A stretch of 59,304 nucleotides of DNA. Origin: Nemertoderma westbladi (taxonomy: Eukaryota > Animalia > Xenacoelomorpha). Below, one piece after another: positions 13,506 through 25,152 of this stretch; the stretch's first letter is position 1, and every line of letters starts with the position of its first letter. The stretch spans positions 1 to 59,304 of the forward strand of contig JAUCBJ010007838.1 in the NCBI GenBank assembly GCA_032718475.1, read 5' to 3'. The notes beneath the pieces were generated by a model. The model saw nothing but the letters and a program-made list of their open reading frames with translations. It had not been told where the DNA came from and searched no databases. The position numbers and the translations under genes are program-made.

Positions 13506-13907
13506 TTGCCGACTTTGCAAAAGCTGTGCCCAACAAAAAGTTATAATAATTTGAAACCACTCATTCACCCATAACACTAATAATAAATTATAAACTACAC
13601 AATCATGTTCGAATACGCCAGCTGGGAAATGGAGCACCCACAAGTCGCCGCCGTCGTGCATACATATATAATATCAATGCGATAATAGCAGCCAAAGAAG
13701 CAATGAATGGTTTTGTGGAACATATTCCATTAGCCTACTTCATATCGATGTTGTTAACCAACGCCTGTCTCGCTACCTATAGACCATGTGGCGTTCTGTT
13801 TGGGGATTGACAAGCAGGCAATGGCCGTCCTTCCGGCCGCCGATCACCCAGTTGAAGGTACAGCTGCATTGGGAGGGGGTGGTGATCCCGACTGGCATGT
13901 TGGTGTA

Positions 13908-15870
13908 GTGAACCACCCCTTCGCGGCCGAACTATTACTTCCCAACCAAACCCAACCCGAACCACCGCTTCGCGGCCGAACCATTTCTTCCCAACCCACC
14001 CTCGAACCACCGCTTCGCGGCCGAACCATTTCTTCCCAACCCACCCTCGAACCACCGCTTCGCGGCCGAACCATTTCTTCCCAACCCACCCCGAGCCACC
14101 CCTTCGCGGCCGAACCATTTCTTCCCAACCCACCCCTTCGCGGCTATAACCATTTCTTCCCAACCCACCCCCGAACCACCGCTTCGCGGCCGAACCATTT
14201 CTTCCCAGCCCACCCCTTCGAGAATGAACCATTTCTTCCCAACCCACCCCGAACCACCCCTTCGCGGCCGAACCATTTCTTCCCAACCCACCCCCAAACC
14301 ACCGCTTCGCGGCCGAAACATTTCTTCCCAACCCACCCCAAGCCACCCCTTCGCAGCTGAACCATTTCTTCCCAACCCACCCCCGAACCACCCCTTCGCG
14401 GCCAAACCATTTCTTCCCAACCCACCCCCGAACCACCGCTTCGCGGCCGAGCCATTTCTTCCCATAACCCACCCCCGAACCACCCCTTCGCGGCCAACCC
14501 TTTCTTCCCAACCCACCCCCAAACCACCGCTTCGCGGCCGAGCCATTTCTTCCCAACCCACCCCGAACCACCCCTTCGCGGTCGAACCATTTCTTCCCAA
14601 CCCACCGCTTCGCGGTCGAACCATTTCTTCCCAACCCACCCCGAACCACCGCTTCGCGGCCGAACCATTTCTTCCCAACCCACCCCGAACCACCGCTTCG
14701 CGGCCGAACCATTTCTTCCCAACCCAGCCCCGAACCACCGCTTCGCGGCCGAACCATTTATTCCCAACCCACCCCCGAACCACCCCTTCGCGGTCGAACC
14801 ATTTCTTCCCAACCCACCCCCGAACCACCCCTTCGCGGCCAACCCTTTCTTCCCAACCCACCCCCGAAACACCCCTTCGCGGTCGAACCATTTCTTCCAA
14901 ACCCACCGCATAACCACCGCTTCGCGGCCGAACCATTTCTTCCCAACCCACCCCGAGCCACCCCTTTGCGGCTGAACCATTTCTTCCCAACCCACCCCCG
15001 AACCACCACTTCGCGGCCAAAATATTTCTTCCCAACCCATCCCTTCGCGGCCGAACCATTTCTTCCCAACCCACCCCCGAACCACCGCTTCGCGGCCGAG
15101 CCATTTCTTCCCAACCCACCCCCGAACGGGCCTTTGCGGCCAACCCTTTCTTCCCAACCCACCCCCGAACCACCGCTTCGCGGCCAACTCTTTCTTTCCA
15201 ACCCACCCCTGAACCACCGCTTCGCGGCCGAGCCATTTCTTCCCAACCCACCCCTGAACCACCGCTTCGCGGCCAACCCTTTCTTCCCAACCCACCCCGA
15301 ACCACCGCTTCGCGGCCAACCCTTTCTTCCCAACCCAGCCCCGAACCACCCCTTCGCGGTCGAACCATTTCTTCCCAACCCACCCCGAACCACCGCTTCG
15401 CGGCCGAACCATTTTTCCCAACCCACCCCCGAACCACCGCTTCGCGGCCGAACCATTTCTCCCCAACCCACCCCCGAACCACCCCTTCGCGGTCGAACCA
15501 TTTCTTCCCAACCCACCCCGAACCACCCCTTCGCGGCCAACCCTTTCTTCCCAACCCACCCCTTCGCGGTCGAACCTTTTCTTCCCAACCCACCCCGAAC
15601 CACCGCTTCGCGGCCGAACCATTTCTTCCCAACCCAGCCCCGAACCACCGCTTCGCGGCCGAACCATTTCTCCCCAACCCACCCCCGAACCACCCCTTCG
15701 CGGTCGAACCATTTCTTCCCAACCCACCCCTTCGCGGTCGAACCTTTTCTTCCCAACCCACCCCGAACCACCGCTTCGCGGCCGAACCATTTCTTCCCAA
15801 CCCACCCCCGAACCACCGCTTCGCGGCCGAACCATTTCTTCCCAACCCACCCCGAGCCACCCCTTCGGGG
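13908..15870. repeat. ~45-bp GC-rich satellite (CCGAACCACCGCTTCGCGGCCGAACCATTTCTTCCCAACCCACCC)
   Basis: Period of 45 (CCATT at 13981 and 14026). Strong C/G strand skew. Source of all ORFs in 13777-15910. Confidence 0.97.
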
Positions 15871-16391
15871 CTGATCCACGGCACTTTACGAAATGTGCCG
15901 TGAAAGCCACGGCACTTTACGAAAGGTGCCGTGAAAGCCGCGGCACTATACGAAATTTACAAAACTTACATTAAATTTTTCGAACCTTTCTCATATGTAC
16001 GTAAATCCCAAAACCAAGACAATTAGCCGTAACGCGACTATTACAGTAGCCTTTCCAATATACGGGGCGTATGTGTTTTTACATACGCATACGTATATCA
16101 CCATTTAATGAACATTACGTTTAAACTGAAAGTATTTCCGTGCAGTCATCTCCCTGTCTGCCTAATAAAATGGACGGCCAATACAGTACTGCAGTAGGCC
16201 TAACTCATGTAACTCATACATTTAACTGCTGTGATGTGTAATTGTAGAGTAGGCCTACCTATAGAGCCGTAAGGAAACAAAGAGATGACGTATTAACAAT
16301 TATTACCATATCGATATCATTATCATACAGCATAACCGCCAAAGTTGCTGTTTTGCATTATTTTGTGTAAGATGCCCGGTGCGGTGCAGAA

Positions 16392-16724
16392 ATGTCTGTG
16401 TCACGAACTGCTGCACACCGTATTTTTGTACAAGAACTACCGCCATACGAAGAAGGTCCACTACGGCCACACGAATATATACCATTGCAAGAACTTTCAC
16501 ATTCACGGAACATTCAACCAGGGGATTCTGGTCCAATGCCCAGCGACCCACCGCCACCATACGACCATTCTAGAGATCCCACAGCCACAATTCGCAACAA
16601 CGAACAAGCCAATGATATTAAAGCGCTTTATTTACGGGCTATCAGTCATCCAATATGCATAAGTATTTGTTGTAGTTTATTACTCATGTCTGTATCGGAA
16701 TTTATTTTAGGAATTATTTACTGG
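16392..16724 (+). CDS. 5' part of a TMEM272-like multi-pass membrane protein (PPxY-containing N-terminus, first TM)
   Basis: ATG ORF with LPPY and PPPPY motifs followed by a hydrophobic helix. Continues in frame at 17180 once the insertion is removed. Confidence 0.65.
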
Positions 16725-16729
16725 GTCTA

Positions 16730-17178
16730 TATGGAACGCCGTTAACGCCATTCCCCAACCATTAACCACTTGGTCCAGCAGAGTAAGTCGCGATTATTTT
16801 TTTTATTTGTTAAAAGTAAGTAGCGATTAAGCCTATTTCTCATTGGCCAAGAGTAATTTGTGCTTTTTTCTTATTGGTTAATAAGTACGGTAAGTAGCCA
16901 TTTTTTCTCATTGGCCAAGAGTAAGTTGCGATTTTTTCTTATTGGTTAATAAGTATGTACTGTAAGTAGCATTTTTTTTCTTATTAGCTGAGACTAAGTA
17001 GGCCTAGCTATATTTTCAATAATCGTTACTTGCTGTTATCCAATAAGAAAAAAATAGCTACCTTACTTACTATTAGCCAATAAGAAAATAATCACTACTT
17101 ATTGATAAAATATAAAAAAAATGCGACTTACTCTATAGTTACAGTAGTAGACGTGGAATGGCGCTAACGGCGTTCCAA
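16730..17178. mobile_element. TIR MITE inserted in a coding sequence; candidate Introner
   Basis: TIRs TGGAACGCCGTTAACGCCATTCC / GGAATGGCGCTAACGGCGTTCCA. Flanking direct repeat GGTCTA at 16724-16729 and 17179-17184. Internal inverted sub-repeats. Confidence 0.85.
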
Positions 17179-17179
17179 G

Positions 17180-17530
17180 GTCTACTGTGACACTGACACA
17201 CGCCTACCCGTATTACATATGACACTTGGTGCTTACGGATTAGCTTTCTACGTCAATAAAGTATGGCGCCAAATTCAATCATATCGTGGTGCTCGCCCTT
17301 ACACTTCCAACAGGAAATTGACGCAAATAAACAAAATGGAATGTTTGCTATATTTCATTGGATTAATTTTGTTGATGCTTGGGTTCTATTGGGCTGCTAC
17401 TGGTGCACCACATAAAGCGCAGACCAGGTGCATCGCAGAATTCTGGTCCCTTTTCGGCATTCTACTAGTTCATCAGTTGTCATTCGGTATCCAGTTCTTA
17501 TTTTGGCTTATTTGTTCAGCGTTTCGTTAG
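17180..17530 (+). CDS. 3' part of the TMEM272-like membrane protein (VYCDTDTRLPVLHMTLGAYG..., three TM helices)
   Basis: Open frame from 17180 to TAG at 17528-17530. The Cys..LP..G pattern after TM1 resembles TMEM272-type proteins (family call tentative). Confidence 0.6.
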   Translation, partial: VYCDTDTRLPVLHMTLGAYGLAFYVNKVWRQIQSYRGARPYTSNRKLTQINKMECLLYFIGLILLMLGFYWAATGAPHKAQTRCIAEFWSLFGILLVHQLSFGIQFLFWLICSAFR

Positions 17531-17979
17531 ATCTCAGAGAGCGAAATATTTTCCACACGTGCTTTAATCATTAATTATTATGCAATATACAATACAAGTA
17601 GATAAATAAAATAAAAGACAATAAAAATAAAATAACAACTTTTTTCACTAAATCACAGCAAACCAATTTTTCCAAAAATGGTGATGATATTCAATTTTCC
17701 ATTTATTTCACAACAGGCGGCTGTATTTTCCTTTTTATATATCTTTATTCATAATGTCTATATTTAATCGAGTCGCCACTATCATTACTAAGAAGTCATC
17801 GAAATTTGATACGGCTGATATTTTTAACGGTTTCTTTCTATGGCATTCGAGCGTGAATATTTGAACACTATTGTTCTAGAAAAATTATTATTATTAAGGG
17901 CGGGTACACCCCCCCCCCCCCCCCCCCCCCCCTTAAGTTTTTTCTTAATAAGTAAATAAAAATGTTTAAAAAAATGTTT

Positions 17980-17996
17980 GGCGCCCCCTAGCGGCC
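17980..17996 (-). promoter_or_regulatory. CTCF-consensus motif GGCCGCTAGGGGGCGCC
   Basis: Close match to the CTCF core consensus in AT-rich surroundings. Binding is unverified. Confidence 0.45.
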
Positions 17997-19084
17997 TGCG
18001 TGAGATTTTAAAACTTTCACTAAAATAACTACTCTTCTACTATTTTCCATTTTTATTTTCCGAAACCATTTTCTGCGTGTTCATTTTCATCATGTTTTTC
18101 GGCCACTTTTTGTATTTTTGTTTTCTATTTCTGATAATTGGCAATTTTGTAAAAAAATTCTAGAACATTTCGTTCATTTATGAATAGCTACGTGCTAATA
18201 TTTTTATAGATGTATTGCATTTTGTCGCCAGATACTTATGAAATAAACAAAATGTTCCAGAACATGGTGTATTTATCTATTAGATGCAACTATCCTATCG
18301 AACACCCATTTCTCAAAAGTCAGAACGACTTCTGACTAACGACAGACAACTCGTTAATGGGGCCCGTATATTCTAAGGCTTTGCTCACTTCGTGCTGCGC
18401 GAAGGCCCCACGAACGTGTTCTCTTGATTGGCTCCTTTAGTTAGATACAGCCATGTTGCTTTTGGTTTATATGACGCATTTTCACAAATTTCTCACAAAA
18501 ATATACAAATGACACCGATGATTTTTTTTACCCAGGTATATTATATAGGAAATGTTTTTTAACCAAAAATACAACAACATTTTTCCCAATAATTTTAGAC
18601 CAGATTAAATCTGTCCACCCATTAATTCACTCGATAAATGGGCTCAGAACGAAGTTAATATGGCATCTAGAACACTAAGTTAAGTGCATCTTGTGTGTAA
18701 TATAATAATATAGGCAAGACGCGACTATAACAGCCAGTACCACTTTGGGGCTATGGTGGTGGACCAAGCAGAACAAATTCATTGGAAAATTTACACAGAC
18801 ACTTTTTATGGTAAGCGGATCTGGACTGTATGCGAATATTCGAATAGTTTGTTTACTATCTAATCGCTATTTAGCGTCACAGTTCTAACGGTTTGGGCAA
18901 AAACCCCAACAACCAGCTGAGAGCGATCTGCATAAACCTAACGGCCCGGTAGGTCTATATTCTACTTAAAAACATTTGGAAAAAGTTGGACCAGAAATGG
19001 ACCGTATAGGTAATTAGGCCGCAATGAAATTAACATTTTACCCAGAACGTTTAGCTTTTATGCCTAAAGTTGATGTTCACTCAG

Positions 19085-19411
19085 TACACGTTCGTGGGGC
19101 GTGGCGCAGCGCGCGAACTTCTGAGCAAGTTCGAAACAAGTTCGATTTTATCTGGAGTCAAAAGTTCGAGAGGTATTTGACCGTAACTTTCGAAAATATT
19201 GGAACGTTTTCTCTAGTATGCCCATACAAAGTTTGGTTGAAGATGGTTAAGGTTAAGGTAGCAGTTATTAACGAGTGAATATTTCATTACAGGCGGACAG
19301 ACAGACGGACAGACAGACGAACAGACAGACAGACGGACATCAAATTTTGCCCTATTTACTAATTATAATTGTGCGCCAAGGCTCACCCTGACTGCGTGGC
19401 TCGCCCCACAT
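19085..19411 (-). mobile_element. HINE/DINE-1-like non-autonomous Helentron element
   Basis: 5' end ATGTGGGGCGAGCCACG, a (GTCY)n microsatellite at about 19295-19338, and a 3' end with GCCCCACGAACGTGT. The same termini recur at about 18391, 19896, 30205, 51160, 53024 and 59233. Confidence 0.65.
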
Positions 19412-19588
19412 CATAAATGTTGATATATATCGTTTGCTAATTGATCGAGCAAGCCAGCTGACCTGATGCAGGGTGTTACACAGGGGTGTTTCAATTTCAC
19501 TGATATTCCCATCATACGGTATCCAACGTTCCTTTCCAATAAATGGCTTTAGTTCACCAAAGCTGTATTAAATAGGGTAATGGTAGTA

Positions 19589-21306
19589 GGGTGTTTGAAA
19601 AAGGTGGACTGGACACAGAAAACATGGACAATGGACAGACCAATCAGGGGCGATTTGCGTCACACAGCATGTCCACCTTTTTCAGCTTTGTTGTCCACCT
19701 TTTTCAAATTTGAATAAGGTGGACTGGGTTGAGCAATGAATTGACCAATCAGATTGATTAGCACATTATAGCAGCTCTGTCCACGTTTTTCAAAACATTT
19801 CAGAAGGTTTTTATGGATTATTATTGTTATTATTATCCCATACTTACTGTGACCAACCGAAGTTGTCGAAATAGGCCTACAGTAGTTCAATAATATGGGG
19901 CGAGCCACGCGAAGTCTGTGAGCTGAGCCTTACAGCCTTAGCATAAATATTTGAACGTCAATATTCTAACTCATTACAGTATAAAGTTAATTATAATAAC
20001 TACCTATTGTACTGTGAGGGAAATATAATGATCCCGAGATCTGTTATTAAACGACCCAGCGCAGCGAGGGAGGTAAATAAGTCCCCATATTTTGGGAGTG
20101 GCGGTCCGAAACCCTAATTCAAAGTGGAAATGGAGGCCCTAAACGTTAATGTGGTACCGGTAGATAAACTTTTTAATAATATATCATATAAATAAATAAT
20201 TTTTTTTTATTACTAGCTATTTTAAATTTAAGAAATAACAAGCTACTGAGCTATATGTTCTATAACATTATATTTTTTTTATGTTCTGGAATAGTATATA
20301 ATACATTTATATTGTTCTAGAACTCTTCAATGTTGCCATAGTAACAATGACATAAGTTTTAAAAATGCAGTTCTAAACGGAACTGTTACCGAAATATCTG
20401 GCCCTGCCAGCAGTACGAACTTGTTGTTGAACTTGTTGTTGGATAGTTGTCGGACTATCTTTATAACAAATTTCGTAGCATTTGAATATTGAAATTTTAA
20501 AAAATAAGGGTCTCTGACATGTTTAAAATGTTTCGCATATATGCCTACTGTACACACAGTACAGTAGTAAATATACCGATAGTTAATGTAGGGCCTACAG
20601 TAGTAATTATTATACATGCGGTACCTGGGTACGGGTAAATGACTTGACTATCATCACTACTTAACTAAACGTGAATTAAAACTATCATGTAACCCGCCAA
20701 CCTTAAATATTTTTGATCCTAAATTCCACAAAATTTCTTAGATTTGAGCATCGGGTTACATAGGGTTACTAATGACAGTTTTAATTAGGGTTTGGGCCTG
20801 ACCAACTAAACCAACAACAAAAATAAACCAATAAATCTAAGCTAAAGTGCTGTACGGTACACTAGACCTCCTATTATTATACTGGGTACAGGGTAGTATA
20901 CAGGGGAGTCAGGTAAGTCTATAGGGGGGCAATCCGCGCGGGGGGGGGGGGGGGGGGGGTAGATACGCCTAGGACACCGACAGCATTCTTAATGCAGCTG
21001 CTTCCAGCAGCATACCGATTATAGATAGATAATTGAAACCTGAAAAAGGTGGACATTCCAATCACTAATAAATAGCTGCTTTAATACGTTTCTGATTGGT
21101 CAGACTATTATCTATGTTTTTTGTGCATGTGTCCAGTCCACCTTTTTCAAACACACATCATATTCCCAATTATGTAATTAAGAAAGCGAAAACTTGAAAA
21201 AGGTGGACAAACCAATCGCTACAAACTGCTTTGCTTAATACGTTTCTGATTGGTCTGTCCATTGTCCATGTTTTCTGTGTCCAGTCCACCTTTTTCAAAC
21301 ACCCCC
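19589..21306. mobile_element. TIR element with nested insertions
   Basis: About 58-bp TIR GGGTGTTTGAAAAAGGTGGACTGGACACAGAAAACATGGAC. Direct repeat GGTAGTA at 19582-19588 and 21307-21313. Confidence 0.8.
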
Positions 21307-21920
21307 GGTAGTAGGCCTAATAAGTTTAATATTTAGAATTATTTCGATGATATTTAAAAATACAGGATATTTGTACGGCAACTTACGGTTGAAAAAAAAA
21401 TAGAAAACAAGCAATACATGAGTAATACATGATCTACTTTTCACTTTCAAAATTCACCTTTTAAATTCGCCATTCTGCCATTGCGATAATTAGTTTGGGT
21501 TTCCAAACAAAATTGAGATTTTCTAAATTTTTTCTAACCGTTTAGAAACTTGCCACAGTGAGAACATTTTGAAAAAAACCCTGACCTGATGAGCTTTTGG
21601 CAACCATCAACCCATCAACTTTTGGCAAAAAATAAACTTTGGCAACTAAACCGCCTGGGAAAAGTCAATTTCACTCCGCCCTACTATACCTGTATAGGTA
21701 TACGTATAGCCGTTACATTTTCAGAATATATTTAAAAAGTTTAGGAAAATGCAAAGTTAAGAAACTTAATAACTTAGGGTAGATAATAATTATAATTAAA
21801 CTTCATTCAAATAAGTTATTAATGATCAAAATGGGAATAAATCTGTAGGCCTAATACTGTAATACAAGAACATTAACTGATTAATAAAAAATCTGCAACG
21901 GTTTATAATATGAGATGGGT

Positions 21921-22487
21921 TCAACTCGCAGCAGCTACTGGTTTCTTATACTCGATACGTTCCACCTTAACCTCCCCATCAATGAGTTGGTAGACGTAGG
22001 TAACTACGGTGGAGGATTGTATGTCCATTAGTAGGAAGCTGGGTTGAACACCGGCCGAGGAGATGGGCGAGAATGCCCCGGTCGCAGATCCGGGGTTAAC
22101 GTAGAATCGGCCCTCGTGTTCGAATGCCTCGAACCGATGGGTGTGTCCGGAGATCATTATATCCACGTCGAGTTGCCGCTGGACGATGGCGAGGGATTCC
22201 GTGTCGCCCCACGGAACAACCTGGTGTCCGTGACACAGGCCTATACGGAACTGGCCTACCGTTACAACCTTAAGTTCCGGGTAGTTTAAATTCTCGTCGA
22301 AGTCGCCCTTCACGATGTGAACGTCGCTCGCAAGGGTTTTCAGGTAGTCGAATGTTTCTTTGGTACAAAGATTCCCCGTGCACAGAATATGTTGGATTTT
22401 TCCAGGAACGAGAAGTTTCTTAAACTTCGCAGGCAGGCTATGGTTTCTCTGGGGTATGTGTAGATCACCAATCACTAAAACAAGCAT
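21921..22487 (-). CDS. VPS29: Vacuolar protein sorting 29 (retromer subunit), single coding exon, 188 aa
   Basis: [59 protein letters not shown] is diagnostic of VPS29. The ORF is intact. Confidence 0.98.
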   Translation of the reverse strand: MLVLVIGDLHIPQRNHSLPAKFKKLLVPGKIQHILCTGNLCTKETFDYLKTLASDVHIVKGDFDENLNYPELKVVTVGQFRIGLCHGHQVVPWGDTESLAIVQRQLDVDIMISGHTHRFEAFEHEGRFYVNPGSATGAFSPISSAGVQPSFLLMDIQSSTVVTYVYQLIDGEVKVERIEYKKPVAAAS

Positions 22488-25152
22488 ATTTATTTTCTAG
22501 TTCTGAAGTTCTTTAAATTGAAAAAAATGGCGCCCAGCGACCGAGGTACCGGTAGCCGTATAAAATAATACAAAAATAATAAGCTGCAACTACTGAACTA
22601 AGAAAAAGCAATGGCCATCAGCCATAGGCAGATAGGCCTATACAGCTATAGCAGTATACTGATATAACACAAGACAGTACAGTAAGACAGAGTGACACAA
22701 AGAGCTAGAAACTAGAAGGATCAGATCAAACGACAGGTCCATCAGGCCTCTACAGACTACAACTCTACTCAGCTACTGGTTAGATCAGTAGATGTATGTA
22801 TGTATGTATAGTACTAAGTGTATGTATGTAATAAATAGTATTGTAGTAAGCCAACAACTGTAGTATAAAGTGAGTGACAGGCTACATGTGCTGTAGTACA
22901 CGCTGTTATTTCTGTTTTGTCCTTTTGTGAAGTTTCACTTTGGAACATGCAGACATTTCAAACTCAAAGTATGTAGCCATGGCTACGGCTTTAAGCCAGT
23001 AAAATCAATGTTGCTAAGGAAAGAAGCGGAAGTGGAAGCTGGAAGGGTTTAATATAGTAAATTTAGATGGTTTTAAACATTTATTTTCATTATGTTACGG
23101 GTATACAGTAGCACTATGACAATTTCACCGCACAAGAAACAATAAATAAGTATAATTAATACAGTAATCAGCACTGGTATCTCTAGTCGAATAGGAAACT
23201 GGTAATTCTAGTCTTAAGTCAAATAACCCTTCAGGTGAAGGGACCTGCAGTGCCCATCCCTGGCTCCGAGTTCCCAACCAAGATGACCGCCATGATCCGC
23301 TGGAGGAGAAACCTAAAATATTGTCATATTTTTTGGAGCATTAGATTTTTTCATCAATATACCCTACGGTACTTAAAACAAGCGCGAAATCGCTCAAATA
23401 ATTGGTCTACAATGCATGAACTGTCTCCTTGAATGGTTTACTTCATTATTAATTAACGAGACTAACAATTAAATTTGATTACAGGGCGCAATACTTGGCA
23501 AGATGAGTCCGGTATCTATGGTAACAGAGATGCGAAGGAGGCACTGTTTTATTTAACCCATCCAGTTACACAAACGTCGCGACCACATAGCGGTGCAAGT
23601 GGAGATCACTTCAACGCTAGACAGAGGACACCCCAGAGTCAGTGATTGGTTGAGCAACGCACCAATCAATGGAGGACTTCGAAAATATTGAACATTATTA
23701 ATGGCGGAATTAAATACTATGCCATGGATTATATAATATATGCATGCGCATAATGTACTTTGAATTTTAACTGCTTTATCATGTGTAAACAAGTCTAGAG
23801 ATTTTATAACTTTTAGTTACAGTATTTACTGTATTACAGTACCGGTATGCCCTTATTGAAAAAAAAAAACATTAAAATAATAAAATAGCGAATAATATTA
23901 GTAATAATACAAATTAAAATTTAATAGAACGCTTGACATCCAAATGTTTTAACTGATTTAGGTAGGAAATATTGTTGTCATGTGTAATCCGACTGATGCC
24001 CAAATGGCATCTTTGAGGATTTTCCTAAAAGTTACCAAATTCTACACCGGCTCATGACTAAAAAGCAATACGATTTTCGATACCCAGGGGTGTGTTCCAG
24101 AACGTTTTTACTCACTATTATTCCAATAGGAACAGTCCCGGTTTCAAGTTATAAAATGTACACTATTGTAACGGTAATCAAGATTTACACAGTTAAATTA
24201 AGACTGTGAATTAATAAGCGAAATTAAAATTGTGGCTGAAATTAAAATTACCCCGGCGATGTAATTTAAATTGTAATGAAAACATGTAAATTCGGGGTCT
24301 CAAAGTGCATTGAGATTTTCACCAAGAACTAAAAGTGTCTCAAAGTTCTAAATGTGGTCCAATAAATGAGAAAGTGACTTCAAAGTAGGGCCTACAGTAG
24401 ACTAAGATTTCAAAGTAGCTCAAAGTCCTATATCCTTTTAGTCATACTGTAGTGTCTAAAGTCGTTTGAGGCTATCGGAATGTGTTTGAATTTGTAAGTG
24501 TCTTAGACCGACACATTTATCATATCTTCTGTATAATCTATATTAATATGTGGAGTGTTACTGAATTAATCACTATGACTCTGTGTAAGTGGACCTTAGG
24601 AATGTTAACGCCACATTCCTTTACCTACTGTGCGTTAGCCAGAAAGGTGCAGAGGTTACAGCACACAGATCAGACACAGAACAGACAGATAAATACATGC
24701 GGAGAGTACCGCAGTAGGGGCCTATTCTATTTAAAATGCGTCGAGACTTCCCCACCCCTTTCCGCTTTGCCCCTCCCCTACCTGAACTTTTCTTACAATT
24801 ACTACGTGCTGGTACCACCGACATGTAAATAGGTAAAGAAAAATCGTTGCCTGCTTTGGGCTTTCGCTTTGTCATCCCTATCATAGATTGAAATGCAATT
24901 AAATTATGTAAAACTACTTTAGTTTCACTTTCAAACACAACACACAACTACTGTACAGTTCACGCCAAGCAGTTAACAACTACTGCAGCACTCTGCTATT
25001 CAACGAATCAACAAACAACAAATCTAACAATCTTTCTCCTCCCAGTAAGCTAAGTCAATCAATTTTCAAAGAAATGCTATTGGAGTCCCTTAATGCAGCC
25101 TCAAAACAGCAGAAAATATGCAACATAAGCAAGGACTAGGCCTACTTCTTAA

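Larger units (their letters stand above)
13151..16038. mobile_element. Long-TIR non-autonomous DNA element carrying an internal satellite
   Basis: GTCGCGTTACGGCTAAT..GTCTTGGTTTT..TTTACGTACAGATGAGAAAGGTTCGAAAAAT at the left is the reverse complement of 15960-16038. Confidence 0.8.

Noticed and set aside
13777-15910. Long ORFs (up to 649 aa) on both strands
   Set aside because: Translations of the 45-bp satellite, which is open in many frames and has frame-shifting unit-length variation.
22520-23040. YY1-like AAAATGGCG and ETS-like GCGGAAGTG motifs upstream of VPS29
   Set aside because: Short motifs with no TSS evidence; a promoter cannot be assigned from sequence alone.
23228-23315. Minus-strand FLLQRIMAVILVGNSEPGMGT resembling an RLE retroelement C-terminus
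   Set aside because: Too short and diverged to support without a profile search.
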